Positions 11,585-24,881 are shown, counted from the stretch's first letter. The stretch: 64,000 bases of DNA from Octopus sinensis (GCF_006345805.1 NC_043009.1:54002001-54066000), one strand, 5' to 3'. Made by a program: numbers and translations. The notes: generated by a model from the letters alone, not told the origin.

Positions 11585-12867
11585 ATATACGTGTGTATAT
11601 GTATATATGTATATATATATATATATATATATGCACACACACACATACATGTATACGTTTGTATACGTGTATACGTGTGTGTGAGTGTGTGTGTTTGTGT
11701 CCGCATGTGTGTGTGTGTTTACATATATATACTTATGTATATATGTGTATATATATATATATGCAAGTAGACACACGCATAGATACCCAAATGTACTCAC
11801 GCTCACACTTACACACATACACACACTCATACACACACGCATACACACACACACACACACTCACACACATTGACTCGCAAAAAACCCGGACGTTTGTACA
11901 TGAAATGTGTCTGGAATATCATGTAAACATTATATTTTTATTTCAAACTTTAAGTCAGTGTTTCTTAGTCTCTTTGAATTAGTGTTCGGTACACATTGCC
12001 GAACAAGCAAGAGGTGATTAGCAACCTTTACGTAAAATATATTAAAAAAAAGGTAATAAAAAGAAAATTAATGTCTTAAAGTTAAAACGCAGAAAAAATG
12101 TAAAACAAACTGTTGTTTATTTTGATATATTAATCAGACTAACAAAATTGTGGATGACATCTTTTCCAAAACAAATATTACTATAGATTTTGTAAATCCG
12201 AAAATCATAAATTTTAAAGTTTCGTTTTTAAATTTGCTTTGCGAGGTTCTTGAAGTGAAATCGTGTGTTGAAGCAGATTGAGATGTATTTTGTAATGGTC
12301 TTTATACCAGCGTACGGTTTGAGTGTGAAACACAGTTAATTACGTAAATTCCCAAAGAGACACTACAGCAAAATACGAATATAAGCATTGTATATAAAGG
12401 GTATTAAGTGTTTAAATGTTCACTTCATTTGTACACATAACCCTTTTTTGTATGAGCTTTTGTAGGTTACTGCGTGCATGAGTGATTGTATGTGCGTATT
12501 TAAAAGACTATGTATGCGTGATTATACACGCATATTCACAAACATACGTACACATCCATGTGTTCATGCGTGTGCAAGTCCGTGTATGCCAGTGCATGTA
12601 CACACAGCCTAAGTATATAAACTGGGATTCCCGCTATCGACTATCATCTTGTTCAATTTGTCAGTTTGAACTTTTACAAAAAATATGACGTTTCTCTAAA
12701 TGAATTGTCCTCTGTTAATCTTAAGGTAGATTTTAAAATTAATCTACATTTAACAACATTTGTACGTGTGTGCATGTGTATACATACATATATACATATA
12801 TATGTACGAAATCATGTAATCATTCATAATCTGTATATATATATATATCTATATCAATATCTATCTA

Positions 12868-12913
<46 letters not shown>

Positions 12914-12984
12914 TAGATAGATATATAGATATATAGATATATAGATATATATATATATATAGATATATATATGTATATATATAT

Positions 12985-12986
12985 AT

Positions 12987-13070
<84 letters not shown>
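12985..13070. repeat. (AGAT)n tetranucleotide microsatellite
   Basis: Uninterrupted AGAT run; others at ~50000-50104, 60825-60912, 61090-61305 and 63525-63590. Confidence 0.95.
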
Positions 13071-13564
13071 TTCGCTTGGTTGGGTTTTTTTTATAGTTTT
13101 ACTAGATAGGTTCAAACACAAAATTAAATTCTAGTTATTAAAATTTGATGGAAGAAAATAAATATGTATCAAAAATATTTACAATCAATAAAATATGCAC
13201 AATCATGCACACACATATGTACAAATGCACTCATACACAGACTCATACATGTACATACATCCTCACCCATTCTCTATACAATGATTAGGGAGGTTTCAAC
13301 AAGCCAATAAGTACAGATGTTAGACGGTCACAGAACTGGTATGAAATAGCAGCGATTTCTCATTTAAATTTTCACACAACTCTCATAATAAAAGGAGGCT
13401 ACCAACAGCGACGGAAATAACACCATCGAAAACCATTGCAGAGCATCTGGGTGGTAGCCGAGCATGCTGGATATGGTAAAACAACTCTTTCAGATCATAT
13501 GCAACAGTTCTTAAAAACGGAAGAGATATATTGTATTTTTTATTAAAAAAAGAGTATAGAAATA

Positions 13565-13727
13565 GGCACAGGAGTGGCTGTGTGGTAAGTAGCTTGCTTA
13601 CCAACCACATGGTTCCGGTTTCAGTCCCACTGCGTGGCACCATGGGCATGTGTCATCTACTGTAGCCTAGGGCCGACCAAAGCCTTGTGAGTGGATTTGG
13701 TAGACGGAAACTGAAAGAGGTCCGTCG

Positions 13728-13765
<38 letters not shown>

Positions 13766-13995
13766 CGTGTTGTGTGTGTATGTGCGTGTGTGTCTGTGTA
13801 TGTGTGTGTACGTTTGTGTATCTGTGTTTGTCCACCAGCATCGCTTGGCAACCGATGCTGGTGTGTTTACGTCCCCGTAACTTAGCGGTTCGGCAAAGAA
13901 AAACAATAGAATAAGTACTAGGCTTCCGATATTTTTCTCGACTAAAGGCGGTGCTCCAATATGGCCACAGTCAAATGACTGAAACAAATAAAAGA
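13565..13995 (+). mobile_element. SINE family B, full length with internal (TA)(TG) microsatellite
   Basis: GGCACAGGAGTGGCTGTGTGG (A-box-like), GGTTTCAGTCCC (B-box-like), CORE-like segment, microsatellite at ~13727-13825, tail ending ATGACTGAAACAAATAAAAG. Confidence 0.9.
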
Positions 13996-14684
13996 AGAAA
14001 AAAAGAATAAACATTCCGTGAAGATTTAGCGGAGGATCAAGTTGTAATTCTTGCGATTAATTTCTGGCAGGTTAGTCTCAGTAAAGCGTAAGCTGTCCAT
14101 TGTAAATGGAGAAATGGAGAAGCCGATACCACACACCACTTCCTGAAGACGAAGTCTGCGATGCCATGGAAACATTGAAAAAGATGAAGTATAAATGTCA
14201 GTTAAGCAGATAGGTGAAAACTTTATGATAAACAACGAAAGTAGGATATAGTGGAGTTTTTAATATAACACATATAATACATACACAAGCATAGAAACAA
14301 ATATATTTATACACACATATAAATACATATATACATACATACAGTTAAGGGTGTGTCTGTGTGTATTTGTGTTTGCGTGTGTGCGTGTGTGTGCGCGTCC
14401 GTGTTTGTATATGAATGTAGGTGTCGATTCTTGTATGTATACGTGTGTCAGTGTGTGTTTGTATGTATACGATTATGTGCTTATATGCGTTTACTGGGCG
14501 TGAAAAAGCTGTTGCCTTGTTTTGCATACAGTCCTGTGTTCTACGGTGTTTTGCTAGTTAATATTAATGTAAGCATGTATTAATATTTAATAACTTCACC
14601 CAATATTGTTAGTTATAAAAGAATTAGCTATTCCAGCACACAAACATACATATAGACGTACACAGGCGTCTGTATATGTATATG

Positions 14685-14737
<53 letters not shown>

Positions 14738-14806
14738 CATAAAGATACATACATATACACAAATTCCCACACACACCGATACACACTACACACATATATA
14801 TGTATG

Positions 14807-14837
<31 letters not shown>

Positions 14838-15186
14838 TGTGTGTGTTTGTGTGTGTGTGTGTGCATGTGTGTGTATGTGTATAAATACATACACACATCG
14901 TTATTTAAGTTTTTCTTATATTTGCTTTTTAGATATACTGATATTATAGGCATCATATTGCTCCGTTGGCCAGAAAAGTATCGGATGTACATATATACCA
15001 GGAAGGAAGAGACCGTACATTCAACCAGCCATTCACCATTTAGTCATCCATGCATCCATTCATACACGCATATATACATGCAGGCATACTTACATACAAT
15101 ACCAGTGCACAAACTATACATACATGCATTTAAAATAAGCATACGCATATCTGTGTATATCTGTTTGTATATATATATATAATATA

Positions 15187-15230
<44 letters not shown>

Positions 15231-15602
15231 TTAAAATCAAACCGACGTTAACTACTGCATTGAATTATTTATGCAGTATTTATTTCCGGAAATTTTTGCG
15301 CGCTAGAACGAGAGCATTTGAATATAACTGCGAATATAATAGGCCGAACTACTCGTATTTTTGACCTCGTGTTAATATCTGGTGTGCAGTTCGACAAATT
15401 ATATTTTATATTTTATGACGAATCTCACTGATGATCTGTAGATTAATTGTGTAAGTAAAATTGCATAATTTATTAACAGTGAAACAATTATATGGGGTTA
15501 AACTATATTTTTGTTATTTTCCATTTGTTCTGCTCGCTTACGTTCATTGTTGTATATATACCTGTCTTCGTCTCATGTTGTTTTCTGTAAATCCAACTAT
15601 GT

Positions 15603-15638
<36 letters not shown>

Positions 15639-15719
15639 CAGACGTACACTCGCGCACACACACACTGCAGACTACACATCACACATACATACGCAAACAC
15701 ACGCATCTCTCTCTCTATA

Positions 15720-15761
<42 letters not shown>

Positions 15762-16774
15762 GTATGTATGTATATATATGTGTGTGTGTGTGGGTCTATA
15801 TATATATATATATACATATATCAACACAAACATACATATATATATGCATATAGAGAGAGATATGCGTGTGTTTGCGTATGTATGTGTGTATTGTGTGCAT
15901 ATGTGCGTTTGCGCGAGTGTATGTCTGTGTATGCATGTGCGAGTGTGTGTGTGTGCGTCTGTGCGTGTGTGTGCCTTAATGTAATGGTTAGATGCATTAG
16001 AAACTGGTAGAAAATGCATTTTTCCCTTTTGCACTTTCTAAACTAAATAAGTGACAAGTCGATACGGTTTCTTGTAATTTACGCGGTCGATAAAATAATT
16101 ACCAATCAATAAAAGAAACATATGGATATCATCGATTACACAAACTAAGAAATTGCATGGCATTCAGTCTATATTCTTAGTAATGCACCTGAACATGTGT
16201 ATATATGTATGTATATATGTGTGTGTGTATGTGTGTATTGTATTGTATACCTGTGTATATGTGTAACACAGTTGGAAGTGACACTTGTGCTTGCAGCTTT
16301 AATAGATATTCGTGATATATTCTCGAACAAAGGATGTATGGGTATCAGGGGACACATGCATCAAGATGTTCTCCATTCATTATAACGATAACGTCAAACC
16401 AATAATGAAACTTTAAGTGAATTCTCGACCTGTCAAAAACCACATCACCTTTAAATGACGCTGATGTACGATGTGCAAAAAATTTTGATGGACACAGTCG
16501 AAATGCCTCTTAGAACTGACCACTTGGAAAAAAACGTTATCCAATATCAAACTGCAAACAATCATATTTTTTCCATATCTAGATCACAGTTCCTATTGAT
16601 ACAATGAATTAGATTACTGCTCTTATTTTTCGCATGAAGGAAATAAATGCTTATTGAATTTATATATTTATATAAAATTGTACACATATGTATTGTCACA
16701 TACACACACAATCTTGCGAAGCTACACACAGAAGACCGTCTCAATGTGATATGTCAGCCACGGGAAGTGGCCGG

Positions 16775-17240
16775 AAAAGTGAAGACGTTTTACTCCCTAA
16801 AACGAACGCGGAAAATGTATGCATTGATGTACATCTCTGAAAATTCTGGAAAATCTTGAAATCTGGAAGTGACAAGAAACAGCAGAACTGGGTACCACTG
16901 TATAGTGCCAAATATCCCAACATTGCCATCAGAAAACGCGACCAGATAGGGCAAGACCTTGAGTTTCAAAGACACATAGCTTTTCAAGATCTTTTCAAAA
17001 TGACTGACATACCTACAACAGGGTGCGCGCAGCTGTTTTCGAAACAGAACTGGATATCTTTCTGTCAACAGCCCCGGAAGAATCCACCTCGTAACAAGAA
17101 ACACAGATAAGGGAGCAACACAAAAATCACTTATTCACTGAGCATCGCATATCAGAATAGGCTTCAAGTACTGAAAATGTAGCAGAGCTAATGTTGGTGT
17201 CCCCGAATAGCCACAGCACGAGAGCTGAAACTAATAAAAG
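16775..17240 (+). pseudogene. Old CR1-type LINE 3' end (ORF2 C-terminus plus UTR)
   Basis: Interrupted translation YSLKRTRKMYALM / RTGYHCIVPNIPTLPSENATR*GKTLSFKDT*LFKIFSK*LTYL, colinear with the C-terminus of the younger CR1 copy at 21791-22778 (YSLQRRR...IGPALFNI). Confidence 0.65.
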
Positions 17241-17260
17241 CATATATTTATGTATATATA

Positions 17261-17418
17261 TATCTCCTTGTTTCCTTTCTGACTATCTTCCTGTCGAAGA
17301 GCGTAGGCTCGAAACGTAAAAGACTTGTTCTATTTCTATTCCTGAGCGCCATACTAATACATTTGTTTGTTTGTACTCCACCTGCCTTCGTCTTTTGTTA
17401 TTTTCGTAAACCTTCCCG

Positions 17419-17422
<4 letters not shown>
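17261..17422 (+). mobile_element. Penelope-like element terminal fragment
   Basis: Between (TA)n tracts; carries an HHR-like fold then CCTGAGCGCCATACTAATACA; partial inverted copy at 52045-52160. Confidence 0.7.
17286..17323 (+). ncRNA. Minimal hammerhead motif, probably decayed (A6-to-U)
   Basis: TCTTC-CTGTCGA-A-GAGC-GTAG-GCTC-GAAA-CGT-A-AAAGA; stem I has one mismatch next to the core. Confidence 0.5.
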
Positions 17423-17483
<61 letters not shown>

Positions 17484-17485
<2 letters not shown>

Positions 17486-17933
17486 TAAAAGAGAGAGATA
17501 AATATAGACATATACTTACATAAATACGTATATGTATATATATATATATATATATATAATAATATATAATATATATATATGTATGTATGTATATGTATTA
17601 TATATATATCAATATATATATATATATCGAATAAGCATCAACTATGATCTCCTAACATTCCGACATTGAGACATAAAAGGCTTCAATAAATTTTGTATAA
17701 TTCTCCAAATTTGCAGGCAGTTTTGTTGCACATACACATAAAACTTAGAGTAACTATATGGCAGAATGTTTGATTTATGAATAAATAATTTGCTGTCCGA
17801 TTTGTGACTAAGTTGAGAAAAGAATGGAGGCGGAGAAATGCTTTCGATGAAATAAATTACATGGGGCTGTGAGTTTTTACTTTGTTTCGGTCCAAGTGCT
17901 TTCTATATATACATATACACACTAACATACACA

Positions 17934-17973
<40 letters not shown>

Positions 17974-18005
17974 ACACACCACACACACACACACACACAT
18001 ATATA

Positions 18006-18041
<36 letters not shown>

Positions 18042-18174
18042 ATATATACGTGTATATATATATGCCTATATAAATATTCATACATAATCGTGTATTTGTA
18101 TTTGTGTATATATATATACATAAAAGAGAGAGATAAATATAGACATATACTTACATAAATACGTATATATGTAT

Positions 18175-18220
<46 letters not shown>

Positions 18221-18627
18221 ATGATGTATGTATATGTATGTATATATATATCAATATATATATATATATATCGAATAAGCATCAACTATGATCTCCTAAC
18301 ATTCCGACATTGAGACATAAAAGGCTTCAATAAATTTTGTATAATTCTCCAAATTTGCAGGCAGTTTTGTTGCACATACACATAAAACTTAGAGTAACTA
18401 TATGGCAGAATGTTTGATTTTGAATAAATAATTTGCTGTCCGATTTGTGACTAAGTTGAGAAAAATGGAGGCGAGAAATGCTTTCGATGAAATAAATTAC
18501 ATGGGGGCCTGTGAGGTTTTACTTTGTTTCGGTCCAAGTGCTTTCTATATATACATATACACACTAACATACACACGCACATACACCACACACACACCAC
18601 ACACACACACACACACAACACACACAC

Positions 18628-18672
<45 letters not shown>

Positions 18673-18757
18673 TATATACGTGTATATATATATATGCCTA
18701 TATAAATATTCATACATACATATCGTGTATTTGTATTTGTGTATATATATATACATA
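17484..18757 (+). repeat. Head-to-tail tandem duplication, unit ~635 bp (17484-18118; 18119-18757)
   Basis: Unique sequence ATCGAATAAGCATCAACTATGATCTCC...GGTCCAAGTGCTTTC repeated, differing mostly by 1-2 nt indels. Confidence 0.95.
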
Positions 18758-19744
18758 TACTAACGGATTTGAAAGCTGAATAACAAGGTTATTGAAAATG
18801 CATTCATTCAGGCATGGTGAATATATATATTCTCAAGCACATACAAACACACGAACATACCCATACACATACACACACATGCACAAACGAATGTAGATGT
18901 GTGTGTGTATATACATATATATGCTCCTATATGTGCGTATGGTGGTGAATATATATATATGTATATATATATAGGTATATATACACGTGTGTGTATTTGT
19001 GTTTGCATGTGTCTGCGTGTGTGGTAGTACGTGTTTGCATGACCTTGTGCGTGCGTTTGTGTATGTATATGACTTCGCATGTTTGTAACAAGAATACGTG
19101 AATGCTGCTGACAATTGGGATAGATAGTAACATACATTTATTGAGCAATATCACATATACAAAGAACCCATAGACTAAATATAGATATTTAACGTAGCAT
19201 AAAAATGTCAAGAATTCAGCTTACTATATTTTGCAATTCACAATCTTACGAAATATTATCCTGACTTTTGTTAACCGACATTTAGAACTGGTCTCTTCTT
19301 GTATGCATGAATGGTTTTAAATGCTCAGATATTTTAAAATGTATTGCAGATTAAATTATTGAAAATACTCAATGGTGGTGACTTTAACTTTCAAGTGGAA
19401 TATCCTTGATAACACTTTGAACAAAAGCGTATTATTTCTTTCAAGCCCATATTTTACTGAATAATTGAATATATCATGACAGTTTATTTTAAGATTGTGC
19501 ACGCCCGTTCAAATAGACCTAACAGCTATGCCTTAGGGAACTTGTTTCTCACTCATATTTTGATTCTCTGCCTATTTTTTTCTAATAAGTTCTCTATTCC
19601 ATCACCGATAATTTTTTGGTACATTTTACTATCATTATATATGCAATATTCTCTCATTTCTTTCTTCATTACAGCTCCGAGAGTACCTAAGAAGAGTCTA
19701 AAGAATATCGTATTTGTAAATTTTGAGAGCTTCATAAAATATCG

Positions 19745-19780
<36 letters not shown>

Positions 19781-19896
19781 TATATATTATATATATACAT
19801 AGTGTGTGTGTGTGTGTGTGTGTATCATATATATATTTTTTTTCTAGTTTCAGCTCACAGCTCGCGGCCATGCTGATGCACCGCCGTTATATATAT

Positions 19897-19953
<57 letters not shown>

Positions 19954-20840
19954 GTATATATATATATATATATATACAAACCACATATATGTATATATAT
20001 ATATATCTTTAGAGAGAGAGAAGAGAGAGAGAGACGAAGGGTGATAGAGAGTGAGTAGCAGAAAGCTAAATTTAATAGCAGATCGACGCGTAGTAAAGGC
20101 AACTGAGAAAGTGTGAATACGTACGTGTATGTGCATTTGACTATGTGAGAACTGGAGATACAAAGAATGAGCGAATAAAATCTGCAAATATGTGAGTATC
20201 TGGGTATTTGTTAAGATTGTGAAATATTAGCAAGGAAACATTGTTCTTTCACCTATAGGTCAGATCATCTCTTACTGCAAACTCACAAGTGATTTGTACA
20301 CTTGACAAATTGATAATTGAAATGAGGAGAGATCACCTCTGCCCTCACAAATATTTCAAGACTTCAGCTTGAATTTAATTCTAATAAACGATTCTATTCT
20401 CCGAGAGCAGTTTTGTAACATCTAAATATAGTGCAAGGTCACTCTTTACTTTCGCATTAAAGTCTATTGTATAGAAATATATTTACGTTTCCACTTATCA
20501 ACTGTTAATATGCATATTATAGCTTGGAACTTCAAATCCTAGTAAACATTTCATTGAAGTGTGCATGTGTGTGTGATTGTGAGGGTGGGTGTGTATATAC
20601 ACACACACGCACTCATATATATATATATATATATACTTATATGTACATATATTTATTATGCATTTATGGCTATATATATATATATATATATTATACATAT
20701 ATGTACATATATTTATTATGCATTTATGGCTATATATATATACATATGTATATAGATATATAGATATATGTATCTAAATGCATATACATATATATGTATA
20801 TAATATATACACACACACACAAAGCTATATATATATATAT

Positions 20841-20878
<38 letters not shown>

Positions 20879-21144
20879 GAGATTATATTAATATTATATA
20901 TTATTTATATTATATTGATTTAAGTGTGACTTTAAATTTTTAAAATGTTAAAGGTGAAACTTGAAGTTCCTGTTAAATCAATATCGCCTCTATATTCTAC
21001 TCTACAAATAATGAATTTGGCCATCACTTTACGCATTCTAGTTTTCTATAAGGCCATCAAGAATACCATTAATACATGTTAATAGACACTTACATGCGTA
21101 CACGTACACTCACAACACAGATGACTATATATATATATATATAT

Positions 21145-21177
<33 letters not shown>

Positions 21178-21203
21178 GTTTATATATAATATATAATATT
21201 ATA

Positions 21204-21236
<33 letters not shown>

Positions 21237-21267
21237 AATATATATATTATGTTTATATATATTATGT

Positions 21268-21324
<57 letters not shown>

Positions 21325-21326
<2 letters not shown>

Positions 21327-21475
21327 GGTCCCGGTTGATTCGGGTTAACCACAGTAAATAAGGTCTCATACATAGTAGAGTAAATTAATTTATATATATA
21401 AGGAGCTTCTACAGGACTAGAACTGTTTCATTCAAGAGAAATCTTCAGGAAGCTAGTTAACAAGAATTGTATACC
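21325..21475 (-). mobile_element. Penelope-like terminal fragment carrying a hammerhead
   Basis: Non-microsatellite island between TA/CA tracts containing an HHR fold; inverted copy at ~26035-26110. PLE assignment is inferred from the HHR and the context. Confidence 0.55.
21404..21454 (-). ncRNA. Type I hammerhead ribozyme candidate
   Basis: Reverse complement: AGCTTC-CTGAAGA-T-TTC-TCTT-GAA-T-GAAA-CAG-TTCTAGTC-CTGT-A-GAAGCT; 6-bp stem I, 4-bp stem III (ACAG/CTGT), GUA cleavage triplet. Confidence 0.7.
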
Positions 21476-21790
21476 TATGCACATATGTAGACATATATAC
21501 ACCACATACAACATATATACATATACATACACACATACGTACACACCACATATATACATATATATACACTTACACATACATATACATATCTACACATACA
21601 CATATATGTATACATACACACACTCACATGCAGACACGTATACACACATGTAATATACACACACACACACATACTACTCACATACAGCATACACACATAT
21701 CACACACACATATGCCACACAGCACACTAGTCCCTATATACACATATATACACATACACACACATACACACACATACATATACATACATA

Positions 21791-22778
21791 TAAATGACAT
21801 CATCGCACAGCAACATAAAATCTTTGCAGATGACTCCAAGCTACAGAAGGTCATAAATGAGGCGAGTGACCGACATGCCTTCAGTCAGATCTACTGGCTG
21901 TTATCCAATGGCAGAAAAAAACAATGCTGCTGAACGAGGATAAATTTGAGCTAATCCACTTTGGAAAGAGGATGCCCTGAAACTCCCATATCCCTCCTTC
22001 AGGTGAAACTCTCACGGCGTCCAACAACATCAGAGACTTGGGAGTAATTGTGGACAACAACGTAAGCTGGGCCACTCATATAAACACCAAGTTGACATGG
22101 CCCGCAGAATGTGTTCCTGGATTCTCAAACTTTCCAGTCGAGAGATATCCACACCATTATCCTTCTCCTCCCACTTTTTGCCCGCCCCCTTGAATACTGT
22201 TGTCCACTGTGGTCTCCCCACACAATACAAGGTATCATAAAGTCGAAGCACCTCAAAGGGCAATCACAAAAAAGATAGATGGCATGACAGGCCTCGACTA
22301 TTGTGGGTCGACTAGAAAGCTAAAACTCTATTCTCTCCAACGTCGTCGTACGCGAACATCATCTGCATGATGTGGAAAATTCCATCAGCATTGCCCAAAT
22401 GATGTTGGCATCACCTTTAAGGTACATCAAGGCTTGGGCCCCGTGCCTTCCGCCCAAAACAAAAATCGCACTCTCATCTCATAACAACAATACGGCACAA
22501 TTATTTCACCTCAATTGGCCCCGCTCTCTTTAACATTACACCAAAACACAATAAAACAGAACTGACCCTATAGGTTCAAAGTCTTTGGACATATTCCTTA
22601 AGAAATCCCGGATAAACCCCTACCCATACACCGGAATGTCTCTGTAAACAATAACTCTCTACTTGAGTGGGCCATAGTGCCCAAATTCTGACTTGAAAGA
22701 CTTCACCAGTGGTGCTATTAAGTTAGACTGGCCTGGGCCATAATGGCCGAAACCTATCAAAGTATCAAATATCAAAGT
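21791..22778 (+). mobile_element. 5'-truncated CR1-type LINE (RT domain end, ORF2 C-terminus, 3' UTR)
   Basis: Frameshifted translation INDII..KIFADDSKL / LNEDKFELIHFG / IRDLGVIVDNN / LEYCCPLWSPH / LKLYSLQRRR / IGPALFNI; 3' hairpin GGCC-ATAAT-GGCC and (TATCAAAG)n tail. Confidence 0.9.
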
Positions 22779-23550
22779 ATATATATATATATATACATAT
22801 GTGTACCTATGCATACCTACACATACACACATATATATACACATACAAATACGACCCATTCCCTAATTTAATTTTATTCTTTCATTTATTACTTTTGTTA
22901 TCTTTGATCGCTGGTCACAAACATCTTGGCTATGACAGCCAGTCCATTTACCTGTCTACTGGAAACAAGCACTCATTTACTCACGCACACTCTTTAGCAC
23001 GTACACTCACTCATTCGCACACTCATACACATACACGCACGCACGCGTTTATATTCATACATACATACATCTACATACATTCACGTATATACACCTACGT
23101 ACGCGTACCTACAGATTCATGTCTACACTCTTCGAAGGCTAGTCTATACATATACACCAATAATATAAATACACACCACATACATATACACCTACATACA
23201 AATACATACATGTATATATATATATACATATATATACAAATCACATATATATACATACATATATATATATATATATAGATATATATATACTTATACATAC
23301 ATATACATATATACATATATATATATATATACATATACACACACATACACATACATACATATACACACATACACATACATACGTATACATACATACATAC
23401 ATCCATACATCCATACATACATACATTTATACACATACACACACCCACACGTATACATATACGTACATATATATACGCGCATGCATACACATACAAATAC
23501 ATACACATACGCATATACATATACATACATACACATACACACACACATAT

Positions 23551-24639
23551 GCTGTCCTGGTGTTCGTATGCATTCGATCCTTCTTCCAGGAAATCTACGC
23601 TTCCAGCTTAGTTTTTCTAATGCTCGTCGCTTAGTTTTTCTTGGAGGGCTGGCCGTGATCTAGTAATCTCAAGATTAATCAGCCGAAATTACTACGATGA
23701 TCCGGTTCTTGACTGAAGACTGAGGGGTTCGAATGTCCTGTCCATGTTTATTGTATCGTCTTCTAAGAGTTATACGTTCTTGTCCATGTTGTATTTTTCT
23801 ACATACCTTAACATAATCCAAGCGCCCCGTACCCCCCTTATCATTAATGTGAACACATATTCTTAATAATTGGTACGACTCTCTGTTTGTCTCTCTCTCT
23901 CTCTCATTTTTACTTGATCTGTCCCCCTCTCTCTCTCTTTTCTCTCTATTCATCTTCTCTTTCTCTGATCCTTTGGTCTAGTCTTCCCTACCCTCCTATT
24001 TCTTTGTCTCGCTCTGCACTCACAGGTCATTCTTCGACACCCTCCCTTCTCCTCTCTGATTCCTTCTTTCTCTCTCTTCTCTCTCTTTGTTGCATTTTGT
24101 CCCCCTTCTCTCTCTCTCTTCCTTTGCTTTCTCTTTCTTTTCTTTTCCCTCTTCTCTGTCACGTGACTGTTGGCCGAAATCTGCCTTTCAGCTCCTGACC
24201 CTCGTCGTGTTAACATCGTTGTTTTTCGTCCGCCGCTATAAAGGCTTTTTCCAATGCGCCAGAGAAAAAATTTGTTTGCTTGTTATCAGTCGTAAGACAC
24301 TGTTGTGTTTTCACCGTTAATGCTTCTGTATTTCATGTTTCTGTATCCATTATTGTTTTTTGTTTTTTTATATCTGTCCCTTTTGCTGTCCTGGTGTTCG
24401 TATGCATTCGATCCTTCTTCCAGGAAATCTACGCTTCCAGCTTAGTTTTTTCTAATGCTCGTCGCTTAGTTTTTCTTGGAGGGCTGGCCGTGATCTCGTA
24501 ATCTCAAGATTAATCAGCCGAAATTACTACGATGATCCGGTTCTTGACTGAAGACTGAGGGTTCGAATGTCCTGTCCATGTTTATTGTATCGTCTTCTAA
24601 GAGTTATACGTTCTTGTCCATGTTGTATTTTTCTACATA
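23551..24639 (+). mobile_element. Penelope-like fragment with ~255-bp near-identical direct repeats (23551-23805; 24385-24639)
   Basis: GCTGTCCTGGTGTTCGTATGC...TTTTCTACATA duplicated; GGTTCTTGACTGAAGA...TTGTATCGTCT is similar to the PLE end at 6222-6520; partial-tandem layout is typical of PLE pLTRs. Confidence 0.6.
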
Positions 24640-24640
24640 G

Positions 24641-24706
<66 letters not shown>

Positions 24707-24849
24707 CTTACACACATGTACAAATACATACACACATAGATAACTCTACGTACCTACATATACATAAACACACGAGCGTACACGTATATGTACATATACA
24801 CATACACATACACACGCATATATATACATACATATATACACATACACAC

Positions 24850-24881
<32 letters not shown>

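Noticed and set aside
13565-13640. tRNA-like A/B boxes at SINE heads as possible tRNA genes
   Set aside because: No complete cloverleaf; each continues into SINE core and tail.
14143-14185. CTGAAGA...GGAAACATTG, and short ORF MEKWRSRYHTPLPEDEVCDAMETLKKMKY
   Set aside because: No stem II or stem III for an HHR; the ORF is short with no recognisable homology or splice support.
16790-17110. 104-aa (minus) and 84-aa (plus) ORFs
   Set aside because: Better explained as off-frame readings of a decayed CR1-type ORF2 in another frame.
22735-22754. GGCC-ATAAT-GGCC-GAAAC resembling an HHR stem II plus GAAA
   Set aside because: No upstream CUGANGA; fits a LINE 3' stem-loop.
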